Assembly: GCF_006345805.1 (NCBI RefSeq)
Contig: NC_043000.1
Span: 32,054,001-32,118,000 of the forward strand
Source: Octopus sinensis
Lineage: Eukaryota
DNA: 64,000 nt
Direction: 5' to 3'
Both the position numbers and the translations under genes were made by a program. Of this stretch, positions 39,791 to 52,027 are shown piece after piece; position 1 is the stretch's first letter; each line of letters starts with the position of its first letter. The notes beneath the pieces are model-generated. The model did not search any database, was not told the origin of the DNA, and was given only the letters and a program-made list of their open reading frames with translations.

Positions 39791-41328
39791 TCCCATCATG
39801 CAAAGCTGTAAATGATATTAAGTAAAAGTAAGCAACAGAAGAACGTTGTCCACTATTGGAGCTTAGGAACATCTTTTTTAATCAAATCACAGGATTCTCT
39901 AAATACCAACAGGCGGGGCTTTTTTAAATCAAAAACAATAAGAACAAACCAGAAGCCCTTCTCATTTTTTTATTCAATCCAATCAGGTTACAAATTAAAG
40001 ATGGCGTTATCAATCTCATACCAAACTAAAAAAAAAAGCCGAAAAAATAAATCCTTGCTTAAAACATTTATATTTGTGCGCACTGAATTTTCTGCTTCAA
40101 TGAAGTAAAGAAATAAATTCTTTTGTATATATTATTGGCGATTAAAATTCTTTGATTTTATTTTTTAAAAAAGCCAACCAACAAACATTATCCAGAACGA
40201 ATTTCACAGATAAACTAATTTGACCCCTAGACTACGGTTATGATGGATGAGTTGGTTTTTGAAAATATGTTCGATACGTACATTACATGATAGATCTATG
40301 ACATATATTAGATATTCGTCTTTAGTGACGGAAGCATAGTAATTCCAAGTAGCAATCTGTATAATTTACTTAACGTTGATATACTGTAGAAAGCCTAGAA
40401 ACTGCGGTATTCGTCTCGAGACAGCAACTCGTATAGAAGCATAGTGTTAAAAAAACACCGAAATATATGAGTAGCATGTAGCAGCAATGAAATTGCAAAA
40501 AAGGGTGACTTTTTTTACAGTCTTAGGCACCACCTGTAATACTGCAGTCCGAATTATGTTCTTTGCTTCTCATCATTGCTGTTGAAGGATTTTTTAACTT
40601 TTAAGAAAAATATTTTATATTGCACATTGGTGGCGTTTATGGAGTTTATTATTTTACTTTTATTTCTTTTTCAGGAAACCTAAAATTCCATAAATAGCCA
40701 AGAAATTCCTCCATATTTGGGTAAAAGCAAATGATGTCCTCTCCCTGACATTATTCTCCAGATTTGCAATGGAAGTATTACATATCTTTTTAATTCACAG
40801 CTATTGAACAACAGAATAACATGAAATCTTAGCTGGCAACTTGCACTGGAATTATTGTTTGTTTCCTTATTTTATTTTTCGTTATTTTGTTTGGAAGCGA
40901 ACACTCCAGAAAGGAAGCTGACATCTCTAGCAAACATGGCAGCATTGAAAAACCCTAATATCCGCCAAAATATTAAAGAAAAAAGAAATATGATACTTGT
41001 AGAGTTTAAACTTTGCTAATTTCCGGTAAGAAATATTCTCGCGATGTCATTCACTGTTGGTGAAGAGATATAAGACTGTCGAAATGTATTGTTTTGTTAA
41101 TGTTTGACAGTGACAACAGAAATCTCCAATCTTCTTGAACTTTTGCATTTTATAACCATTAGATGTGCCAGCTTTTGTTTTCTGTTCCAATCTTTCAAAC
41201 GCCCTGAGGTGAGAAACTTCCTACACATGGAAACACGAAAGTTTCTACTGTCGTTTTCCGGTAAAATATTATCAAATTCGGAAGTTCTAGTTCTTGACGT
41301 ACACAAAGCAATTTCTTCTTTTTATACA

Positions 41329-41389
<61 letters not shown>

Positions 41390-41599
41390 ATCACCATTAT
41401 AATATCCGAAAGTTGATGAACAAACTAAATTTGTTTCTCCATTTTCTTATCTGTATTATATATATATTATATATAGGTATTATATATATAATATATAGGT
41501 TATATATATAAGATAGGTATATATATATAGGTATATATATATATATATAGGTATATATATATATATATATATAGGTATATAATAATATATATATAGGTA

Positions 41600-42463
41600 T
41601 CAGGCCCTGACGATAAAAGAAAATCCTACATAGGAATGACGTCAAACAGCTTAAGACCCGTGGTACGCACACACACACTCGTTCCGGCGACAGGATAATC
41701 CAACCAAACTACCCTCGCCGCCCACATCTGGTACCTTAAAAGGAACTCCATCCCTTCAAGACCGAGTGAAACTACTACAGAAGGCGCGCTCGTACACAGG
41801 AGGCCATACCTGCTGTGACCTCTGCATATCGGAGAGCCTAGAGATCTTGTTCGCCAAAGGCCCTCTCCTTAACAAGATCTCAGAACACTCCCCAAATTGT
41901 ATGCATAAGAAGTCTGCGAACTACAAGAACTATAGACCTACCCGGCAACCAGATTGATGACACCCCACCCACAAAACCCCCCCAATCCCACCGTTCCCCT
42001 TAGCACCCCCGATTACCTTTTCTCCTAAGACCTTTCACATATTGTATGTGCACGCCTGTAGATGTGTATCGTATATATGTATAGAATGTATGGGTATATA
42101 GATTAACGCACGTATTATGGTGTGCGTGTATGTATGTAAAAAAAAAAATATATATTATGTGTGTATTATATTATAATATATATATAGATATATATATGTG
42201 TGATATATATGTATAATATATATATATATATGTATGTGCGTGGTTGTGTGTGTGTGTGTGTATATATGTATAGATGTATGTATGTATATATGTATATTTG
42301 TGTGTATGCATATGTATGTGTATATGTATGTGTGTATGTATATATATTGTGTGTAAGTGTGTGTATATATGTAAATGTAAGTGTGTGTGCTTGTATGAGA
42401 ATGTATGTATGTTGCACACATGTATATATATGTGTGTGTATGTGTGTGTGTATGTAATGTGTG

Positions 42464-42500
<37 letters not shown>

Positions 42501-42779
42501 ACATATATATATATATGTGTGTTATATATATGTGTATGTATTATATATGTGTATGTGAGTGTGTGTGTATACATGTGTGTATGTGTATGTATGTATGTAT
42601 ATATATGCGTGTGCATGGGTATATGTATATGTACATATGCGCGTACGCTCGTGTGTTGATGTATGTGTAGGTACGTAGAGTTATCTATTGTGTATTTATA
42701 TGTACATGTGTAAGTATGTGTATATATATGTATGTATGTGTATGTAGATTGTATGTGTATGTGGTGTGTGTATATATAT

Positions 42780-42812
<33 letters not shown>

Positions 42813-43146
42813 GTGTATGTGTATTGTAGGTGTATGTGTGTATGTATATATTATGTGCTGTGTGTGTATGTTGTATGTATGTATATATATATATGTATAT
42901 ATATGTAATATTATATATATATATATGTATATGTATGTGTATGTATATATATTATATATATATCTATGTGTGTAAGTTTATTATATGTGTATCCGTCTAT
43001 AAATAGGTACTCCACGTACATATACTTAATATTTATTTTTTGAGTATGCATGTATGAATAACTGCGCGTATATATATTTACTATTTTTTGAGTATGCATG
43101 TAGTATGAATATATATATGTAATATATGTATGTATATTATATATAT

Positions 43147-43179
<33 letters not shown>

Positions 43180-43303
43180 GTAGGATGTACATGTATGTAT
43201 TTGTATGTAGGTGTACATGTATGTATGTGGGTGTATTTATATTTATGGGTGTATATGTATAGACTAGCCTTCTAAGAGTGTAGACATGAATCTGTAGGTA
43301 CGC

Positions 43304-43359
<56 letters not shown>

Positions 43360-44241
43360 ATATTATATATATGTACATGTATGTATTGGTATGTAGGTGT
43401 ACATGTATGTATGTGTGTTTATATTTATTGGTGTATATGTATAGACTAGCCTTCTAAGAGTGTAGACATGAATCTGTAGGTACGCGTAGTATGTGTATAT
43501 ACGTGAATGTATGTAGATGTATGTATGTATGAATATAACGCGTGCGTGCGTGTATCGTATGAGTGTACGAATGAGTGAGTGTACGTGCTAAAGAGTGTGC
43601 GTGAGTGAATGAGTAATGTTTTCCAGTAGACGAATAAATGGTCTGGCTGTCATAGCCAAGATGTTTGTGACCAAGCGGCCAAAGATAACAAAAGTATAAA
43701 CGAAGATAATAAAATTAAAATTAGGGAATGGGTCTGTATTTGTATATGTATATATATATATGTGTGTATGTGTAGGTATGCATGGGTACACATATGTGTA
43801 TATATATGTATATATATATATATATATATATAGTGTATGTATATAATGTGTATATGAGTGTGTATGTATGTATATATATGTGTATGTATGTGTATGTGTG
43901 GTGTATATATATGTGTGTATGTGTATATATGTGTATATAGGGACTAGGTGCTGTGTGTGCATGTGTGTGTTGGATTTGTGTGTGTATGCGTGTATGTGAG
44001 TAGATGTGTGTGTATGTGTATATATATATTTTTTTTCTGTGTATATGTATGTGTGGTCGTGTGTGTATATATACATGTGTGTATACGTGTATGCAAGTGA
44101 GTGTGTGTATGTATACATATATATTGTGTATGTGTAGATATGTATATGTATGTGTGATTGTATTATATGTATATGTATATATATGTGTGTGTGTAGAGGT
44201 ATAAGTGAGAATCTCCTTATTTACTATAAACTCTATCCCCC

Positions 44242-44288
<47 letters not shown>

Positions 44289-44369
44289 TTATATTTTTTT
44301 ATCTATTTTTTATTTTTTATTTTTTATTTTTTATATTTTATATTTTATATTTTTTATTTCTTATTTTTA

Positions 44370-44401
<32 letters not shown>

Positions 44402-44700
44402 ATTTTTTATTTTTTATTTATTCTCCTATCTAATTTAACACTGACTCCTTGACCACTCCCCCAAGTATGATTTTTTGCGCTATGCCTACCCCAAAAAGTC
44501 CCCCACCAACACCCCCTTTAAACCTGCCTAAATGTATAAATGCCAATACAATTCTTGTTAACTAGCTTCCTGAAGATTTCTCTTGAATGAAACAGTTCTA
44601 GTCCTGTAGAAGCTCCTTCTATATAATAAATTAATTTTACTCTGCTATGTATTGAGTACCTTATTTACTGTGGTTAACCCGAATCAAACCGGGACCTACA
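41600..44700 (+). mobile_element. 5'-truncated Penelope-like element: GIY-YIG C-terminus, long TG/TA-rich 3' region, hammerhead-bearing terminus
   Basis: SYIGMTSNS (YIG at 41627), TTLAAHIWYLK, CDLCISE...LLNKISE...CMH (stop at 41957). Hammerhead at 44564 on the same strand. Both flanks are the same (TA)nGG satellite. Confidence 0.75.
44564..44614 (+). ncRNA. Type I hammerhead ribozyme
   Basis: Stem I AGCTTC/GAAGCT (6 bp), CTGAAGA, stem II TTC(tctt)GAA, GAA, stem III ACAG(ttctagtc)CTGT, GUA triplet. Predicted cut after 44608. Confidence 0.8.
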
Positions 44701-44751
44701 TATATATATATATATATATATAGATATATATATATAGGTATATATATATAT

Positions 44752-44790
<39 letters not shown>

Positions 44791-44828
44791 TATAATATAT
44801 ATAGGTATATATATATATCTATATATAT

Positions 44829-44875
<47 letters not shown>

Positions 44876-45747
44876 GCTATCTATCGGTCTATTTTTTCTA
44901 TCTGTTTACCACTGTCTCTTAATGTATTTATATTTTTATCAATATATCTGTTAGTCTATCGTTTGGTTTTCTATTCATCGAATTCTTTCTTTCTTTTTCT
45001 GATATGATTTATTTCTCTTTCTTTCTCTTGTTTTATAGTTCATATAAATCACACTTAAGTATTTCTTTCATTGTAAATATCACGTCGTTAGAAAAATGTC
45101 GATTTTTGCTTTGTAATCGTTATTTTTTTATGACGAAAATGGTTTTACAGTTCATAACTTATATCAGCTCTACCATAGCATCTTTTCCATAAAAGCAAAA
45201 TGTGGAACATTGGAAATTCAGAACAGATTTAGCTCACAGTTTATTCCGCTTTTCGTTTATCCGCTCCAAGCACATAAATCCACCACAAAGATGTTAATCC
45301 TTCAAAACTAAATTTTAACACGATCCGAATATAAAGATTCGTATTATGAAGGTTTCGCCTTCAAACAAACAGTTGTTAGTGGCGAATGATTTCTTGTGTT
45401 TCTGCGCCCTTGCCTTCCATTTAAACAACCAATGACCAACTTCACAAAAGACGGCATTGGTCAAATTATCGTAACTGAATTAGAAACTAAGTGAAGCTTA
45501 AAATCTTACAGGCGTAAAATCCATGACTGATAACAGAATATTTTTGGCATTAGTAGTTATTAGGTGACAAGCTGGCGTTCTGATTTCAAATTGCGCCGGG
45601 TCGACTTTGCCTTTTATCTTTCCGTGAACGATCAAGTGGGTGCCTGTATTTGGGTCGATGTGATCGACTTTGCTGTCCGCTCAAAATTGCAGGCCTTGTG
45701 CCAAAACAAGAATGGATTAATGGTTGGGGCAGGTGAGCGGTGATTTG

Positions 45748-46030
45748 TGGCATTCCGTCGGAACAGCCTGCTCGTGAAATTAACGTGCAAGTGGCTGAGC
45801 ATTCCACAGACATGTGTACCCTTAACGTAGTTCTCAGGGAGATTCAGCGTGACGCAGAGTGTGACAAGGCTGGCCCCTTTGAAATACAGGTACAACAGAA
45901 ACAGGAAGAAAGAGTGAGAGAAAGTTGTGGTGAAAGAATTAAACACTCACAACTCCCGGTCTGGGAATCGAAACTGCGATCCTACGACCGCGAGTCTGCT
46001 GCCCTAACCACTGGGCAATTGCACCTCCAC
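45748..46030 (-). mobile_element. SINE with the family B head but a different 3' tail, nested at the end of a family A-like relic (45560-45720)
   Basis: Shares the head and AACTTTCTCTCACTCTTTCTTCCTGTTTCT with family B, then diverges. Confidence 0.8.
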
Positions 46031-46795
46031 GGGCGGGGATTAATACTTTGTGGTAGTTTGTTACTTCTATTTATAATCAAATGTTGCTAGAATTCATTTT
46101 ACCTTTCCATACCACAGGACGCTACAAGCACCAGTTATTTACTAGGGTGGTTTATACAGACTCCACTCTCCTTTATTTAGCAGTTGTCCTTGTTTAACCC
46201 ACAGTTAACTATTATTGAAAAAAAAACTATAATTACAGGCGTTCCAGCCATGAGCGTCTCATCTTTGGTCTGACAAAAGGTAACCGACACTACATTATCT
46301 AATGTTATTTGTTCTAAGTATTTCAGATGGAAGTGTGATATTTGACGAACAATTGGTTGCTACTTCTAGCAGGGAAAGCTTTGCTCGTTCTTTTTGCATT
46401 GTAGGTAAGGATATAGCAACGTGAGTGGGGGTATTGAGATATTGACGCACATTGGTGGAGGATATGTCGTACATCGGTGTATTGTGGGTAGGGAGATATA
46501 GATTTACATACCTAATTGGTCAGTGGTTCATGAGTCCGATAGAAAGAACACTTTAATTCTCTGGGTTTTTTAGCAGTAATATTTACTGTAGTCTCTAGTT
46601 ATGACTGATCAGAAATTTACCATTGATCTCGCGTCTATTATGCTAGCCGGAGGCAAATTATCTCTCTACTGATGAAGGTAAGAATAGTCTTGGTCAGCCA
46701 GGATTGTGAAAACAAAACTTGAAATGAAATTCTTAGAAGCAAAAATCCCATCGTTTATACACTATTTCCGTTCATTAGTCAGTAAGCGAGGAATT

Positions 46796-47030
46796 TCATG
46801 CCTCCAACATGAATTTTCTTCCATGAGAGCACCGACTAAACATCTGACTTTTGGAATTTAAGAAGATCCCCGAGTCAAGCGAACATTTTAGCATCCTTAT
46901 CTTCTCAGCCAAGCATAACTCCCGTTGAGTTATGGCCCAGGATATTTTAGAAGCTTCCATTTAATCTTGTATGGCATTCCTTCTCTTTTAAACGCCACAT
47001 GTAGTTGACAAAAAAATGTAACGTTGCGCT
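46796..47030 (-). mobile_element. Second Penelope-like GIY-YIG C-terminal fragment
   Basis: Minus strand with small frameshifts reads SNYMWRFKREGMPYKIKWKLL...ELCLAEKIRML...LNSKSQMFSRCSHGRKFML. Confidence 0.7.
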
Positions 47031-47119
47031 TCTCTATGATCCTAAAATAACTTGTGGTTATTTAGTCGTCGCTTAAAAGCGTCCTCCGTTGCTCCAACAT
47101 ATTTCTCTCCTTACGTTAT

Positions 47120-47134
47120 TGGTGTTGATGCTGA

Positions 47135-47171
<37 letters not shown>

Positions 47172-47222
47172 ACTACCAGACGTATTGTTGGTGCTTCTGT
47201 TGTTGTTGTTGTTCTTCTTCTT

Positions 47223-47254
<32 letters not shown>

Positions 47255-47310
47255 TCTTCTGCTTCTTCTTCTGCTTCTTCTTCTGCTTCTTCTTCTGCTT
47301 CTTCTTCTTT
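47120..47310. repeat. (GTT/GCT/CTT)n array with a 12-bp higher-order unit CTTCTTCTTCTG
   Basis: Direct reading. Confidence 0.9.
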
Positions 47311-47559
47311 ACATATGTGTATATACATTATATACCTATATATAAATGGCTGTCCTAATACAGGTCTGTATCTTCTCTGGACAGGTTTTATCCATTTCCA
47401 CGAGCTGATCTTCTATTTGGTCCTGAAAGGCTGCTTTCAATTCCTTGTTTTTGGCATTTCTTAAATTGTTTTGTTTGTTATTTCTTTGTTTTTTGGGGGT
47501 TTGTTTGGTTTCTTTGATCTGTGGATTCTTTTAGTGTTATTTCCGTCTTGGCGATGATC

Positions 47560-48809
47560 AGTAAGTGGTCAGTATTGCCATTTATAATTCAGTCACGCAA
47601 GTGTTTGGTGAAACCAAGGTATCTCGCACAGACTGGACTGACGCCAATGCATCAATACTGAAGCCACTGATCGAGAAAACACGGGCCATTCTACCGGCAT
47701 ACAACAGGACCCGATCAGATTGCACCGTAAACGAGCTACGAGCTGCAAAATCTACACTTGAAAGGGAGGTGCGAAGATATGCCAATACTTACTGGGAATG
47801 GCTTTGTGCAGACATTCAGAGGGCTTCTGAAACTGGCGACATAAGAAGGATGTATGAGAAGATATGAATTGCTTGTGTACCACAGATCAACAAAGTAGTA
47901 CAGTTAAAATCCTTATCCGGAAGCAGATCACAAATAAACACCGGTAGATGGCGGGATGAGTTGATCATTGCTCATGCCTCGACTCACAAGACGGATCAGT
48001 GGATGAAAAGCAAGAAGAAGTAATTCCCCAACTTTCAAAGATGACAGAACTTGACAAAGAATCCACGCAGGAGGAACTGGCGAAAGCCGTTGATGAGCTC
48101 GCGAGTGGGAAGTCCCCCGCCAATTACAATACTGAAATGAGAAGGTGAGATTATCTCAAGAAATAATGAAAGAGAAGACGGATACCATCTTCCCCGTCTG
48201 TACAAGCTCTTGATTCTCTGTTGGAAGCATGGAGAGATCCCACAAGACATGAGAAATGCCAACATAATGACCCTGCGTAAGAACAGGGAGACAAGGAAGA
48301 TTGCAAAGACACTTGGCATCACTTAGCAAGACAAACTAGCCAGCATAGAAATCTTGAAACGGTCAGCATCTCTGAGCATGACTGCTATTCTGTGCAAAAG
48401 GAGAATGAGATGTCTTGGACATGTGAAACAGGTGGATAACAACAGAATTCTCAAACAGCTGTTATACGGCCCGCTGGTTCAGAGTAGCAGAACCAGAAGA
48501 TGACCAAAGCTGAGGTTTTAGGAGACCTGTGAGTGCAGCCTGACTAAGTGTTACATCAATGCAGAGACTAAGAAAAAATTAGCTAAGAAGTCAAACAGCT
48601 CGAGAAAAAAACATCCTGGCCCTCGAAGCAGAACGCCATAGAAAAAAAGATAACCTACTACGGCCCTGCAGCACCTTCCTTGCTTGCAGATTTGACAGCA
48701 GAACTTGCTCATCAAACATAGGATCAGCCATGAGAGACACTGAAGGAAGAATATGAGTATTTAAGACGTTCTTCGCTGCTTAGACCGTCTGTCAAGATGT
48801 AAAAAGCCG

Positions 48810-48812
<3 letters not shown>
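47560..48812 (+). mobile_element. RTE-clade LINE, internally deleted
   Basis: LEREVRRYANTYWEWLCADIQRASETGDIRRMY, SGKSP, CWKHGEIPQDMRNANIMTL, then RMRCLGHV..DNNRILKQLLYG. RT core missing. Confidence 0.85.
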
Positions 48813-48854
<42 letters not shown>

Positions 48855-48907
48855 TTGAAAATAGATGCGTTGCGTTCAATTAAAAAATTAATAGTAAACA
48901 ATATATA

Positions 48908-48951
<44 letters not shown>

Positions 48952-48954
<3 letters not shown>

Positions 48955-49443
48955 AGTTAGTTAGTTAATTTGGCTCAAAAGAAAATAGCAAGGCCATGTA
49001 GGGGGACATGGAGTTAAGTACAGGGTGGTGTTCATGTAAAGAGTTCAGGCCACTTGAGGTCCAGGGAGGCTTTGAACAAAGCGGTCGTTGGCATCTTCAC
49101 CATCTCATCTGGCAGCTTGTTCCACGGATCCGCAACCCGGAAAGCTCCTCTCCTTCGATTGAGATGAAATCGTCGCAGGTAGAGCTTTTCGGAATGACCC
49201 CGCAGCCGACGCTCCGGAGCAGGAGTGAAGAACAGCTCTTTCGAGAGGTTACACTTCCCGCTTATGATGTTGTGGGCGAGAATGAGATCACCACGGCGGC
49301 GGCGTTTTTCAAGAGAATAAAGGTCGAGCGTCCTCAGCCTTTCTTCGTAGTACAAATTTTTGAGACCATGAACCAGGCGGGTAGCCAGCCTCTGGACTCT
49401 TTCGAGGTGCTGTATGTCTTTGAGGAGATAAGGAGAAGAGGCT
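48952..49443 (-). mobile_element. CR1-clade LINE 3' end
   Basis: LERVQRLATRLVHGLKNLYYEERL..LEKRRRRGDLI..RGHSEKL..WNKLP, short 3' UTR and (TAAC)n tail. Confidence 0.92.
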
Positions 49444-49529
49444 ATATATATATTCATTTAGAGATAGTAGATCTCTTCGTCTCACCATATAAAAGAATTT
49501 TAGTTTTAATACTTACTACTTTATAACTT

Positions 49530-49625
49530 GGCTACACGTGTTTCTTGGGGTTACATTTCCCGGTTCCTTAACTACGCCGTGTTTTTCTGGAACCATTCTT
49601 AAAATATAACCCCAATCATCAGGCC
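49530..49625 (-). ncRNA. Type I hammerhead ribozyme with long stem II and palindromic stem III
   Basis: Minus strand: GGC-CTGATGA-TTGGGGTTATATTT...GGTTCC..GGAACC...AAATGTAACCCCAA-GAA-ACACGTGT-A-GCC. Confidence 0.8.
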
Positions 49626-50081
49626 TCTATATCACTTTCTCATAGTTTGATACTATAGACTATATTTTAATTTTTTAATCAAATAAGTATGTGTAAGATA
49701 GGTTCGCCGGACCCTACTGTACAAGCCATAATTTAATTTAAATAAAAAATTACAAAAAATATTTCATTTTTGTAATTTTGAACGAAACACCCATTTTCCA
49801 GAGGTGAATTATTCAAACCCCAAAGAATTCCTCTTAACACATGGCTATGATGCTCCCCCAGTACTTCTGCTCGTGATCAGAGATGCACATATCGTCAGCC
49901 ACTAAGGGACAAGCTCAACAAGTTATGGTCAAACAACTGACAAACAAATCTGTGGTATTGAGCAGAATATTTGCTGTAGCCCATCTTTTATACCAAGACA
50001 AAACAATGTACATAAAAAAACACTTCCAATCAGTTAAGATCAGAAGCCATGAGATCCACTGCCTGGTGCTGCATCAGGGCA

Positions 50082-50115
<34 letters not shown>

Positions 50116-51172
50116 GTTATTATTATTATTATTAGTTTGGTTGTTGTCAAAGTCGTCATCGCCATTGTTATTGTTGTTGTTGTCGTCGTTGTTGTTGTTG
50201 CACGGATTACATCCTCTAATTCTGTTGTAGTAGCTTGTGTCTTATTTAGCGAGACAACAATGGCCAGTGTTCAGTCTTATGTTTTTGCTGAGACATCAAT
50301 TAAAAGACTAAAACTTTTATCTCATGTTGACAGGAAACGACCAGCTTTATAACAACGTAGAGCCAAGTTAACGGCTGAATCATCACTAGATTCATTCTTT
50401 CATCTTCTTCGTTTCGTTGTTAAATGAGGGTCATCAGTGAGATTAGCCCAGTTTGGGGCGATGATGTATTTGGCAAGAGTTCAGCACACTAACTGCCAAA
50501 TCGACTCGCTAATGGTCACGAGTCTGTTGTTATAAATGATTAGGATATATTGATTCAGATGAGCCTCTTGTATTGCTTCACTCAGACCAAATATAAAACA
50601 AGGAACTACACCATCTTTAAGAAGTGACTGATAATTGGATAAGAAAATATTATTGAGTGCTTTCTAAATAGGTAAACACAAAAATTGTTGGCTCGTTTTT
50701 TTGTTTTCGTTTATTAAATTCTTTTATATTTTATGAAATTATTTTGGTATTATAAATACGAAAATTAAGACAGTTTTAGCCAATTGTTTCCTAATTGGTT
50801 CTGTTTTGTCTGGCTTAAGTTGGAATAAATTTGTTTGGACTTACGAAGAGTATCATTCTTAAAAATAATCAGCCTACAAAGTGGAGTGCCATCAGTCATT
50901 ACTAATAAAAGTGATCGCTTATATCATTGACGTCAGTTCTTTATTGAATAGTTATATATGACCAAACGCAGTCATATATATTTCAACTCGTATTCATACC
51001 TAAATTATCTTAATTATATTATGTTGCTATTGTTGCTGTTTGGCCCTAGATCAGAACTGATTCAGCAAACTTACAACCGTGACTCTCCTGCCTTTTTTTT
51101 TTCTTTTGAAACGAAATAAGTTATGGGAAATAACTCTGAGAGGCCAGAGATATATATTTGAACAGCAGAAAC

Positions 51173-51390
51173 GCGGCGAGTTGGCAGAATCGTTAGCGCA
51201 CTGTGAAAATACTTAGCAGCATTTCGTCCGTCTTTACGTTCTGAGTTCAAATTCGGCTGAAGTCGACTTTGCCTTTCATCCTTTCGGGGTTTGATGAAAT
51301 AAGTACCAGTTATGTGCTTGTGTCGATGTAATTGACTTACACCTTTCGACAAAATTTCAGGCCTTCTGCCGATAGTAAAGAAGGTTATTA
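51173..51390 (+). mobile_element. Family A-related SINE with an alternative tail
   Basis: Same head and core; tail AAAATTTCAGGCCTT.TGCC shared with 45560-45720. Confidence 0.75.
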
Positions 51391-51546
51391 TTTGAATAAC
51401 AAAGACAAATAAAAAGATATTAAACGTCAAACAAAATTAATTTCTCATTTATTGGAATTATCTCCGCTTCTAGAGAGAATAGGCCAATCTTTTGGTGGCA
51501 ATCCAAATGAGAAGGTGAGATTATCTCAAGAATCAAGAATTCTTCA

Positions 51547-51580
51547 ACACTGAAGAGTCATTAACAAAACGACAGTTTGT
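51547..51580 (+). ncRNA. Decayed hammerhead (probably inactive)
   Basis: ACA-CTGAAGA-GTC(att)AAC-AAA-AC(gaca)GT-T-TGT; two A-to-G reversions would restore stem II and G12. Confidence 0.4.
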
Positions 51581-51856
51581 ATTAAGAGGAGAACGGTGTG
51601 TACACACGTGTTTCTACCTCAGTAAGCATCATCGGCACAGTACCAAAGGATTTCATTATTCGGTGTGTTCTTTATTTTTTTTTTTTTTTTGCTAAGACGT
51701 TATTGAGTAAGTGGAGGAAGATTCTACTATTTCTAGCAGATCGAGTTCTGTGTAAAGGCTCCAACATTTGGTTAAATTATGTGATTTATTTGGGAATGTT
51801 TTGTTTTATGTATGTAAAACAACAGTTGCTATATATACATACCTATATATATATAT

Positions 51857-51943
<87 letters not shown>

Positions 51944-51983
51944 CTTGTCCATGTCTGTAATTATTTTTACTGTTTACCTATAT

Positions 51984-52027
<44 letters not shown>

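Noticed and set aside
46660-46720. CTGATGA...GAAA on the + strand; similar on the - strand near 50405-50440
   Set aside because: No stem II or III and no NUH triplet.
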